From: Rhizophagus irregularis
Taxonomy: Eukaryota
DNA: 64,000 nt
Assembly (NCBI RefSeq): GCF_026210795.1
Contig: NC_089431.1
Span: 1,922,001 to 1,986,000, forward strand
Reading direction: 5' to 3'
Shown here: positions 52,349 to 64,000 of the stretch, in pieces
How the letters are laid out: the number at the start of each line of letters is the position of its first letter
Position numbering within the stretch: the first letter of the stretch is position 1
The notes under the pieces: model-generated
Database searches by the model: none
Told to the model about the DNA's origin: nothing
The model's input: the letters and a program-made list of their open reading frames with translations, nothing else
Translations under genes and position numbers: made by a program

Positions 52349-54261
52349 TTAACTCTGTAGAATTTCTTTCATAATTTTTAATGCACTTTGAGCAGTACCA
52401 TAACTTGATTCATATCCTTCAAAAATATTGTAATTTCAAAATAAAAGTTGATTAAAATAATGTTGAAGTAATAAGTAATAAAAGTACAGATGAATCTATT
52501 TACCAGACCCTCCATGACCATAATTATGACAAATAAGTATTTTTTTGCCGTATTTTTCAGAAGCTAAATAATAAATAATATAACCAAATGAGAAAAATGC
52601 AGGCGCAACATGTTCAATTAAGGTTCATTTTTTTTTAAAAAAAAATAAAAAGTACATACTCATCCATTCGGTCTCAACCCTTACACCACCTTTACGATAA
52701 GGTCGAAGACCAACTCCATGCATCTTAATAATTAGGTGAGGTTGATCCTTTGGCAAAAGATCCGGACGAGTGGCAAGACATCGATGAATAATTGCTGTAG
52801 CAGTGTCATAATCAACATCTGTCGAACTTATATTTAGATTCAATTATATAAATAATGTACTGTATAGATTCTTGTCAATAAGGAAAAAGTTAAGTACTCA
52901 TATTGATTATCTTACTAATTATCTTCTTCCTATAATTGAAGTGAATATAATTAAGAAATCGAAAATCTAAATTCAATTATGCAATCTGTAAAATATAAAG
53001 TATAGAGATGCTCACATAAGTCCCACCAAGAGTTATTTCTCCATTATCGCGTGGTATTGCATATGTACTTTCTCCATTAGCCTCTTTTGCAATTATGCAT
53101 TAAAAAATAAAGCGCAATTTGTTAAAACTTTATCTCCAAGAAATCAAAAAAGCATAATGAATAAGTTCAACAACCATCATTACCTCGCTTAAAAAAAGCC
53201 CAATTCATATATGATTGAGGTAATTGTGCGATCACAGTTTGGCCCCTCACTGGAAAGACATCAGAATCTTCAACACCACCTAATGTTCTGGCATTAATGC
53301 CCGAACAATTGACCACAATATCGGTATCACTTTCGATACATTCATTTAAGTGAGATAAGTTGACACGTTGTGTGGTACCACCCCAAGAGGTGAAAGTATT
53401 GAGAAGATAGTTAAGGTAGGTTGATGGATTAATAGAAACTTGTAGAAATGATCAATAAATTAATTGACATCATGGTGGTTTGTTATAATTGACTTTATAA
53501 ACGAAGATCTTTATGTTATAAATTACTTGATTTGTATGTGATTCCAAATTCGACACCAACTGGCAGCTCCTCTTTTCTTAAATGTCGATACTATTTTCAT
53601 AATTAAAAGAATCTTTATAATAGACTTTACTATACTCCAATTCGTACTTATAAATTTTTACCTCATGACATAATGTTTTGAACCACGGATCGGAGAAATC
53701 TTGTGGAAGTTTTTCCCAATATTCAAACTCATCAATAATCATGACTCCAGAATATGGTGTATTAGCAATTTTCCAAAAATAATTATAGGTTTCTCTATCA
53801 AATTCTTTTTAGATTATAAAAAAAGTTGGTGAAATGTTTCAGTATCCTATCAGATCCAAAGTAATGTATTACGGGTAAAGCTTTATTAAAGGACTTCTCA
53901 TACTATATACCTTGCTCTCTGATTTCATCTTTCGCAGCATGGCTCTTCCAATGTGCACCAGCCCTATATCATCAACGTTTAAAAAACTTCAATATGGTAT
54001 GGTAATAATGCTTAAGAAAGTTTATATATACCAAGGACTCGTGTATTCGGCAGATAAATCTCCTGGAAAATGCTTTGCAACTATATGAACTTTAATCGCT
54101 TTTTCTTGTTGTAAGAGCAAATTAGCCGTGGTTAATCCTGAGACACCTGCATAAGTTTTGTATGAATTTGTTAATAGCTTGCGAAAAATTTCACCAGAGA
54201 TTGTTGCTTTTCAGATGCTCTTCCTACCTGCGCCAAGCACAACGATACGTTTGTTCAACAT
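52349..54261 (-). CDS. DAO1: D-amino-acid oxidase (FAD-dependent), multi-exon
   Basis: IVVLGAGVSGLTTA, YTSPWAGAHW, DIVVNCSG..ARTLGGVED..VFPVRGQTV, TYAIPR..LGGT, VGLRPYRKGGVR, HNYGHGGSGYESSYGTA. Confidence 0.93.
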
Positions 54262-54789
54262 CTTCTGACGAAAAAACTCTTTATATATGATTCTTATTAC
54301 TTTATTATTTCGAGATTCATAAGAGTAAATATCAATACTAGAAACAATGACTTTATTACCTTGCTTTGTTTGATATCAAAAGAACCTTAAAAAGAACGTC
54401 GTGAAGCTTTTCGAGGAGGGAAAACTTTGAATAGTCAACTCATTCGAAAATACATTCGTGAGTTATTTGAGTTTTACGAATAATTCTACACTATCATTCG
54501 TCCAATTTTGGAAATTGGATTCAGTGTTTTGCGTCGCATGGTACACCAATTACGCTATTTTGTATAGGTCGAACATTTTAAAAATCATAGAGCTTATTGG
54601 GAAGAAGGGCCTTTGTTAGGGTGGAATACAAAAATCAAATGAATGGACTCGGACCGGTGGGCAATTTTTGTGGAGAAAAATATTATACTTCACGATTCTT
54701 AAATCGGTATTTTCTTTTTCTTTTTTTGAACTAATATCTATGGATGGGTGTCGCTAATTATCAATCATTTTCACTTTAAATTTAGGAAT

Positions 54790-56069
54790 ATGAAGCTTCG
54801 AAATCCAAAGTCTAGTTTATGGAATGACGCGTAATCCTTTAACAAGATACCCCGATTGTCATAAAGAATGGATGTCCCTCCGTTGGTGTCGTGGTTGTAA
54901 TCCCAAACATTTTGAATCCGAACGTCATAAATGGACAAGTGGAAACTCGGAAATTGATGATTTTATTTTAGAAACACAAATAACCGCCGAATTTTCTGAC
55001 CAAGCCTTGGAATGGATCCCGGAAACTCAGCTTACGGAATTTAAGTTGATTGGTAAAGGTGGATTTGGGAAAGAAGGACGTGCATATAAGTGGGATTCCA
55101 TTGCGAATAAGTGGAAATGAGGCGAATCCATGTGGGTTGCCTTGAAAAGTGTAGAGAAAGGAGAAGAAGGTGTTAAAGAGTTTCTTGAAGAGGTAAAGTA
55201 TTGTAAGTTCTGTTCGATTGTTACTTTAACCATTAATCATTTCTTTTAATAACGTGTTTTTTTTTTTTACATTTTTCAATTAGATCAAAGCTATGCATCA
55301 ATGTAGGAAAGTTAACTTGGGTTCATTAGATCGTTATGGCGTAACACGACATCCTGACACAAAAAAAATATCTAATGGTTATACGATTTGTCGAATTTGG
55401 CGATTTAAGAAATTACCTATCTAACTTTGACACAAATAGACAGACTTTGGAGTCTTACGATAGACTTTCGTAGTCTACATCGGTCAGGCCTCGTACACCG
55501 AGACTTACACAGTGGAAATGTGCTTTTTGGTGATAACAGGCGTAACTTTGTCGCCGATCTTGGGTTAGCTTGTAAAGATGGTCAAAATATAACTGGAGAA
55601 ATCAAAGGTGTCTTACCGTACTTTGCGCCAGAAATCCATTGTCGTCAACCTCACACAAAAGCCTCGGACATTTACAGTTTTGGTATCATCATGTGTTAAC
55701 CTCACCTCAACCTCCTTTATATGAAACGGCGTACGATTCTAATTTGGCTCTAAGTATTTGTGATGGAAAAAGGCCACAAGTGATTAAAGGGACCCCGGCA
55801 TGTTATGTTGAATTGATGAAGAAATGTCGGGATCCTGACCCGTCCAAGCGTCTACCGCTCAAGAGATGGCCGAAATTTTTAAGGAATGGACCCAAATTCT
55901 TTCAAAGGATAAATTAAATGAAGAAGAGAAAAGTATAAAGGATCAATTTGTATCATCCGATCTTGAAAGACAAAGAAGTTCACGTCCCGCCATAACATTT
56001 CGAGAGTTGAGTACACGTCCTTTAACTACCCAACGGTTTCTCTTTCGAATCAAGATCTTCGTAAGTTGA
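54790..56069 (+). pseudogene. Tyrosine-kinase-like protein kinase pseudogene
   Basis: WTSGNSEIDDFI, IGKGGFG, VALKS, HRDLHSGNVL, ADLGLA, GVLPYFAPE, SDIYSFG. Stops at 55118 and 55697; frameshifts near 55365 and 55860. Confidence 0.9.
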
Positions 56070-56684
56070 TTTCTTATTTTAATTTGTTGGATTAATATAA
56101 TAATCAAATTGAATGCCACATTTTCCACATTATAGATTTTTAAAGCATAACAATCAATCACTTTTTTATTTTCACTGCAATATATCTTATGACACGGAAG
56201 TTCATAATATCTCACATTCTCTTTACTTACGAAATAACCTTTCTTATAATGTTTTTATTCAACATGCAGAATACCAAACCACTCAATATGACCTCAAACT
56301 TACGAATGATCTGCCCTTATAAAAAAGGGTGCATAAAAAACAAAGCGTAGGATTTCATAATAATAACCCTCGAACATATGACGTTTTATTATATCATTAT
56401 TTATTAAGTTTCTTCAATATAGTTACCATGAATATCTATAATATAATAATGTATATGAATTATTATGATTAAACATTAAAATAAAACAAACCCACTTATA
56501 AAATGTATTTAATGTATTGAAGATTCTTTAAAAAGAAAAATATCAAAAACCTTAAAAGAACCAAAGTATAGATTGTGTTACATTTGAAAACGATCTTCTT
56601 TCCCAAAGTAAAAATGAAAACACTTAAATTTTAAACATTTATCTGAATTTTTTTCTAAGAAAATTTAAAATTATTTATTCAATA

Positions 56685-56837
56685 GGGTATTACTAAATAT
56701 CACCAGTAGTGACTGTTACCAGTGGTGAATTTATGATGTAATGCCAACCAGTATTTTATTAGATTTTAATTCTGACCAAAAGTACATCATAATGCTGGTA
56801 TAGTGACCATCACTACTGGTGAACTTTAGCAATACCC
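56685..56837. mobile_element. Mutator-like MITE (153 bp)
   Basis: TIR GGGTATTACTAAATATCACCAGTAGTGA / TCACTACTGGTGAACTTTAGCAATACCC with an exact 9-bp TSD TATTCAATA. Confidence 0.88.
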
Positions 56838-57784
56838 TATTCAATATATTTATTCAATAAAATTTATGGGAACTCTTTCTTATAATTTTATAGCTTAAAT
56901 ATGGTTTTTAACACCAAAGACATGTCTTTTGAAGACTTTGAAAAGGTTGACAACATTAAACTAAATGGAAAGACCCTTTGTCAATATATTAGTATGGCTC
57001 TCTTATGATTCATCCAACCCATATTAATAACCATATTAAGAAAGTCTTGCCACCTGTGAAATAGATTATACTGGCTCTTTTATAAAGAAATACAAGGCAG
57101 AACTTAAAAAACTTGGTATTAAGAATGAAGTTTAGCTTATCTACTTGTTGTTTATTATCTCTATCTTTGCTAAAAATTACAAAATTGCTTTGAAAGAAAA
57201 ATTCCTTATGGCAAACATCTAAGAACAAATGGCACAATATAAAACCTACCAATATATACCAGTATTTGATCAAATAATACTGATGAAATTAAAAATTTTG
57301 GAAAATATTAAACACTAATCAATGGATATGCTACTGTCTTTTTCAACAAAAAACTCTACCAAGAGTTTCACAAAATTAAATACTAAAGCCACATTTTATA
57401 CCTTAAAAAGAAAAAGTTGTATAGTTACCTTTACAGAAATGGTCACCAGGAATTTAAATGCAGCCAATAGGTCACTTTTCTGACTTCTTTCAGTAATAAA
57501 AGGATAAATAAAAATGTAACTAAGTGCATATACAGTATTAAATAACAAGACTCAATTAACTATAAAGAAGAAATAACAACATGCTTCACCAAGTGAGGTT
57601 ATGTTAGTGCTCCTAAAAATTCAAATCAAATCAGGATTTTAGCAATTTAATTTGAATCTCTGATTTGAAAAATATTATTTCATAATCTAGTAATTGAATT
57701 TTAATAATTTATTTTTTATTTTATAAATCATATTAAGCTAATTAAAATAAAAAAATGTTTATTAAAATTAGACTGCTAAATCAG

Positions 57785-59080
57785 GACTAAGTGCTACGGA
57801 GATGAGTGGTGTAGGGTTAAGGAGATGTGTAATGGTCTCCTATGTGACAGTTTACATAGGTGATAAATAATGCGACAGGCCAAACACATAATTTGAAGTA
57901 AACTGAAATGCTAATTATAACCTGTGTATATTTCATACCCCTTATTTTACATACTGTTACACACTACTAAATATCACCATACAGGCATACACCATACAGG
58001 TGGTCGACTCTACATCACTGATATTTGTCTTACCAATCAGGATTCTGGATATTTAATATAAAAGTTATAACTAATCTGCATAAAATTAAATACTTTTTGC
58101 TCTTTCTAAAGTTGAATTAATTTGCTAAAAATTGAATTATTACAATGATTTTTTATTTTTTTTTTAGAATATCTTTTATGCGCTAATGTAACTACTCTTT
58201 TTCCATTACAAGTAGATTCTTATATAATAGTAATATTTAATAATATATTTTGTATTGCTCAAATTATTGCTATATATATAAATAAAAAAACTTAATTAAA
58301 CAGGAATCAAATAGTGACTCTAATAGATTAAACTTGCCTTCTCCTATTATAAATAAAAAAAAGAAAAAAACTGTGTCCATTTCAAAAACTAACTTATCTA
58401 ATACTAGTTGAAAGACTTCCAAGAAATAACCAGCTACACTAGCACTTAAAATTATTAGTACTGTAATGACTGGATATAACTTCAAAAATAAAGTTCATGT
58501 CTATGAAATTACAATTTATGATATCCCCTTTGGATGGATCTAACTCGATATGTTTAATCACTTATAAGTCTGGGTCAAGTACTTGTATTTAAATTTAAAT
58601 CGCAACAGAAATACACTACCGTTATTGTGTCAGTAAATTCAACAAGATGGCAATGGATCTAGTATGAAATGATGGCATTTTGTATAATAGTTTTTGGCTA
58701 ACTGAAATCTTAAACAAAAAAAAAACAGGAACGATTCAGATAGTGTTAACAAAAGTTCCTGCTTTTACCACCATTGCATCCTTATATCCAGCTAACTTTA
58801 CTCACTCTATTCTTACATCTACTGGATGTAAAGCATTTAAATTAATTTAAATAAGGGCACTTACAAATTGATAACTTATTGATAAGACTTTCAGTTTAAA
58901 TGAATTTACAGGTGATTAGAAAAGGTATTATACCCCTAACTTGAAACAAAAAAGGAACTGCCATCAGAAGGTGAAATAAGATGATGATTTTAATAAGGTA
59001 TCTCAGAAAAATACTAATACAATTAAATTAGACAAAAAACATAAAAAGACTAATAAACGAACCAAGAAAATTGACAAGAG
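57785..59080 (+). mobile_element. Probable degenerate non-LTR retrotransposon 5' end/ORF1 remnant
   Basis: GC-richer leader followed by a decayed frame with IYDIP.GW..WGQVL.FKFKSQQKYTTV and a Lys-rich tail. Confidence 0.4.
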
Positions 59081-59921
59081 CTTAGTATACATGAAAACCA
59101 AAATTAGTTAATTTTGACTTCCAAAATGGTCAAAATAGTCAAAATAATTTTGACTTAGATCTCTTCAAAAGTCGAAATGGTAAAATTACATTATAGTCAT
59201 ATGATTTTATAGTAAACAATAATATTAAAATTTAAAGTTAATGAACTCCGCATCCAGTGATTCGATTTTTATGATCTTTATACAGTTGGATTTAGCTCAT
59301 TGAGAGAATTCCAATGATATATATTTCATATTTGTAGCATTAATATTGATGGAGTTATTCACGTTTAAAATTTGGTATTAAATCTATATAATTAAAAAAA
59401 TTTGTGTATAACCATAACGTTTAGATTACCCTGTATAAATAAATTTTCCACGTATTGTTACACTATTTCCTAAAAAAGAAATTTTTTCCCAACGTAACTC
59501 AAGATATGTATTACACAAGGTTACAAATTCATCAATTAAGAAATTTATCTTATCATGATATAGATCAGAAATTCATTGGCGGCATTATGATTTTGCGAGT
59601 TCCTTAACGTACGCACTGTGAGAACCAGATTTTAGGAGTTATGCACTTGCATGTGATAGCATTACACTTAACTCCGGCTAGTGCATATGTTAACAAGAAT
59701 TATGATTTTTGCCCAAAATTAAAGTGCCGAAATTTAGCAAAATTTATCAAATAATTTAACTGTATTATTATATATTATGTAATATATATCAATTGCCAAC
59801 AACCCAAGAAATTATTTAATTTTTACATTTTACATTTAGGGTTCGTTATATTTATTATATTTCTTTATGTATATGATAGCTAATATATTACGTACTGCAA
59901 CTTCTTTTTCATCAAATTCAA

Positions 59922-60514
59922 TTAATTGCCGATCCGCCTAAAAACGGCACTGCGTTACTAATAAAATTTGGGGATAATAGCGATAATAAAAAAAAGAATT
60001 TTTTGCATCTCACGCGCGAAATAAGTTTCACCCAATTTACTAACAGAAATATCATAAAAACAATATTTTCTTTCATTTTATGACAAGTCATATTTGCCAA
60101 AAAATTTTATAATTATATTTCTGTAACTGGTTTTCTTCAACTTTCACTTGTTTTTAATAATAAAAATATTTCAAAAAAGCTTTTAAAAACAACTTTAGAA
60201 GCTAAAAATTATAGGTTTTATTGTAAATAATGCAATATAGTAAAATGAAATATTGAAATTTCGTATATTTTAAGGTGTAAATCTGACGCACACGCATAGT
60301 AAACTCATTATTTTGCATACGAATGTATAACTTTTTTTTGCAAATTCATTTTTTTCACGTATTTTTTCAGTATATCATATGATTTTTTTTTATAGTCAAT
60401 ATGTCATCTATGAAATATCCTTTTTTGAAGTTTGTGTTCTAGCACAAAATCGGCAAATTTAACCCCAAATTTTATTAGTAACGCAGTGCCGATTTTAGGC
60501 AGATCGGCAATTAA
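59922..60514. mobile_element. MITE with ~50-bp TIRs flanked by TTAA
   Basis: TTAATTGCCGATCCGCCTAAAACGGCACTGCGTTACTAATAAAATTTGGG and its reverse complement at 60464-60514. Confidence 0.88.
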
Positions 60515-61269
60515 ATAACTTGGCATCTAATAATCGTACAAAGATGTACCATAACTTGTTAGAATCGTCTCACTGAGATGAATTTAATAATGGTAGTTTT
60601 ATTCTTTTATGATCACTGGCTGATGAGTTATTCAACAAAATGTTAAACATTGGCATTATAATATTTCTTTACGTTTACTGTGCCATTTAACATTTTGCTA
60701 AATTTCTTAGTACTTAGTGATTGTAAAAAGACGATTAATAGCTTATTGGAATTGCCTCATCAAGATGAATCGAATGGTGGTAAGCCATTTCTCTGTGATC
60801 AATATTGACAGAGTTACTACTTAAAAACCATTTAATATTTTTTTAATTTTAGAAATTGATCTAGTGATTGGATTTTGATGTATCTTATACCATTAGATTC
60901 GCCTCATCAAGACGAATCGAATGGTAGTAAGATCGTCTCTCTAGGATCAATATTGACGGAGTTACTACTTAAAGACCATTTAATATTTTTTAATTTCAGA
61001 AATTAATCTAGTGATTGGATTTTAATATATTTTATACCATTAGAACCGTCTTATCAAGACGAATCGAATGGCGGTAAGATCATATCTTTACGATTAATAT
61101 TGGCGGAGTTATGATACAATAAAGTTTTAAGTATAATTCTGGCCAAAATTGTTAATTTTTGGCCGGAATTATGATATACAAATATAAGAAATTTTTTATA
61201 TAGTCACATCTCTTTATAATCACCAAATATGGACTGTCCCAAATGTGTAACTATAAAGAGAGTTGACTG
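60511..61269. mobile_element. 5'-truncated second copy of the 47463..48834 element
   Basis: Matches 47660-47760 and 48170-48834, including the right TIR followed by TA. Confidence 0.9.
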
Positions 61270-63065
61270 TATTACTATTCATTCAAAAAAAAAGATAAAC
61301 ATAAAGTATAAACATATAATGATAAACCAGATTAAGCTTTATAAAACTATATTTTTAAATTTTCTATAAAGTATTTCTTAATGAAATAGTAGCAATTCAA
61401 AATTGAAATATTTTACTATTAAATTAAATATTTGGCCATTTTATTCTAACCAGAATTACATGTAAATCTAGCCAAAATTACTTTCGTTTAATTATTAACT
61501 ATATAAATCTGTATATATTCTTGAATATCATGTTGGTCATTTATTATATTATGTATATATTCTTGAATATCATGTTGGTCATTTATTATATTGTTTGGCT
61601 AGGCTAAAATTATGAATTATAATTTAAATTAAATAAATCTGACCAATAAAATTACAGGGTTAAGTATTACATAATATAGAAATTTGGCTGCTTAAAAAAA
61701 TTTTTTGTTGGGACTAGGTTGTATACACTGTAGAAAATACTATAAAATTTATTACAAAAATATTGGTTTATATAATAAAATATTTTAGGTATTTAAAAGT
61801 GTCTTTAATTAAAAAACAAAATTGCAGGCAAATTTGGCTGCAAAACAGTTTAAGAGATGGCATATCAGGTTATGATAGATATATCATAATAGCTTATAAT
61901 CTGATATGCTATCATTTGACCAATATGTTTTACTAATAAATTATATATTATCAATAGAATAGATGGCTATATATAAAATAGATTTATTTTATATTTTATA
62001 TGCTTTTAATAGATAATTTGTAAAAATAAAAAAAATAAAATTATATTTTTTTTTTAACTTGCTATAAATTAAAGTTGCCTTTCTAAACTAATAAGTTTAG
62101 AATTATTTTAAATTGAAACTTATTTAAAAAATTATTTTAAATTTTGAAACTTTTACAAATAACTGAAATAAGTAAAATAACTTTAAACTAATTTCAAAGT
62201 TTTAGAGTTTAATTTAAAAAATAAAATAGAATTAATTTAAAAAAAATAGAATAGTTTGGAAAATGGATTTAGTTAGAAGAGTAACTTTACTTTAAAAATT
62301 AATGGGAAATGGTATTTTAATATATAAAAAATTCTTTTAAAAAAAAAATTTCATGAATAAATTTTTTTTTTTGATATAAGAAATAATTATCATATATATA
62401 TAATCTATATTTAAAATTTTAATTATAGATTAGTGTTATTAAAAACTGGAATTAATATTTTTGGAAGAAACCAGAATTGCATCTAAATTTTTAATTATTG
62501 TTTGGCATGTACAGTAAATAAAGGTTAAATAGAGATTTTATTTGTCATGATTTTAATCAAATATAAGCATATGCGTAATTAAGAAAATAACCAATAACTT
62601 TCAATCATTGTCGTTTACGGTTTACACTATGATGTAACATTTATGCACAATTTTTTCCTATCAGAATTCTACAGTATTTAGTAATAACTCCTAATTGTTA
62701 TTCTCGAAATTCTCTTGATTTTCCAACTATAGGTTCTTGCGCATTAAATTAAAACAAAACTGCGCTTACCGCATTTGTACAATAAAAAAACATACCATTT
62801 ATGGACTATAATTTGAGCGATGCGCAGAATTCGCAGAACTTACAACAAAAATGAATCAAAATATATATTTATTTTTATAAAAAAAAAATTAAGCAATAAA
62901 AAAAAAATAATTAAATAAATGATCACTCTTAGCGATTTAAAAATTAGATGAACCACCTATCTATACAAGTATAATAAATATATAAATATATATATAATTT
63001 TTTTTTTTTTTAAACTGTGAGAGATGAATAAAGTTCGTACGCGAAAATAATAATAATAAAAAAAA

Positions 63066-63773
63066 TTATCTTGAATCGCCATACCCATTTTGAATAGTTT
63101 TAGCAAAAGATCTAGATTTAACTTGTTGTCTTTTCAACATAGATTCAGCAACGCTTCCTACTATATATAAAAGAGTAGTTAAACCGATCATAATTATAAA
63201 TAACGTATATTTTTGTAAGAATCCATCAGATGCAGTTTGTGCTCCACCATCATTGCTTGCAGCAACAGTACTACTAGTTCCACTAACAGAATCAAGACTA
63301 ACATCATCTAATCTGGCCCAATTACTGAAATTCTTTACAACCAAAGTTTTAACTGTTACACTACCAGTTGCTCCTTGAGCATTCCAACTCAATGTAATTG
63401 GGAAATTTTTTACATTACTATTTTTATGAGTAATAGTAGTAGATGGTACTCCACATTCTTTAAATTTTACATAGTCAGGTAAATTTTCAAATAAACCTAC
63501 TCTCTTATTATCCTTATCTAAAACGTAAACCAAAAGTCCTTCAACGCCATTGCCAGGTCCATTAATTGTTAAATCAAATTTTCCTTGAGATTTCATGTTC
63601 GTAGTAATCGTATAACCCCCCGGACTTTTTAACGAGCTAGCTCCATGTCCCTTGGTAGACATGTCTTCTACATTACAAGTATCAGCTCCATCTGGTAATG
63701 CTGACACATAGAATGGCATTAATATGAACAAAAAAAGGAAAAATGAAAATAATTTCTCATGTAATTTACTCAT
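63066..63773 (-). CDS. Reeler-domain single-pass membrane protein
   Basis: Signal peptide, ALPDGA..C, GLLVYV.....RVGLF, C..TITHKNS..K..LSWNA, VTVKTLVV..F..W, and a C-terminal TM helix. Confidence 0.85.
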   Translation of the reverse strand: MSKLHEKLFSFFLFLFILMPFYVSALPDGADTCNVEDMSTKGHGASSLKSPGGYTITTNMKSQGKFDLTINGPGNGVEGLLVYVLDKDNKRVGLFENLPDYVKFKECGVPSTTITHKNSNVKNFPITLSWNAQGATGSVTVKTLVVKNFSNWARLDDVSLDSVSGTSSTVAASNDGGAQTASDGFLQKYTLFIIMIGLTTLLYIVGSVAESMLKRQQVKSRSFAKTIQNGYGDSR

Positions 63774-64000
63774 TTTTTTTTTAATTTAATTTTAGTGTTT
63801 AGTTTTATGTTAAAATAAAAAAAAAATTAAGTGGAATCGCCGGCGATTCGAATAAGTTCGTTTTTTAAATAAAAAAAAAAATATATATATAATAATAATA
63901 TAAAATAAATAAATTTGTAACCTTCAATTATTTTATTTATTATTTATTTCTTTTTATTTAATCAAAATGCCAAAGACGATAAAAGAAAAAATTAAAAAAG

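Overview
This window is very AT-rich eukaryotic DNA with short GT-AG introns. The gene families present (BTB, MATA-type HMG box, tyrosine-kinase-like kinase, Crinkler/REase-fold proteins, TRP-like channel) point to an arbuscular mycorrhizal fungus such as Rhizophagus (inference). From left to right it holds a tRNA-Ser(UGA) and a TRP-like channel pseudogene, then a tandemly duplicated block carrying a nuclear SIM-bearing protein and an in-frame BTB-cullin fusion whose neddylation lysine is replaced by Arg. The second copy of that block is cut at ~20008 by a ~8 kb island of nuclease-fold and immunity-like genes. The one intact gene in the island has a 350-nt GC-AG intron filled with tandem structured-RNA motifs. 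Further on are an HMG-box transcription factor, a small acidic protein and a CpG-decayed transposon nest (Tc1/IS630-like transposase, a micro-exon/intron tandem array, many MITEs with TIRs and TSDs). The window ends with D-amino-acid oxidase, a kinase pseudogene and a Reeler-domain membrane protein. Exon models were read by eye, and family names come from motif recognition, not database searches.
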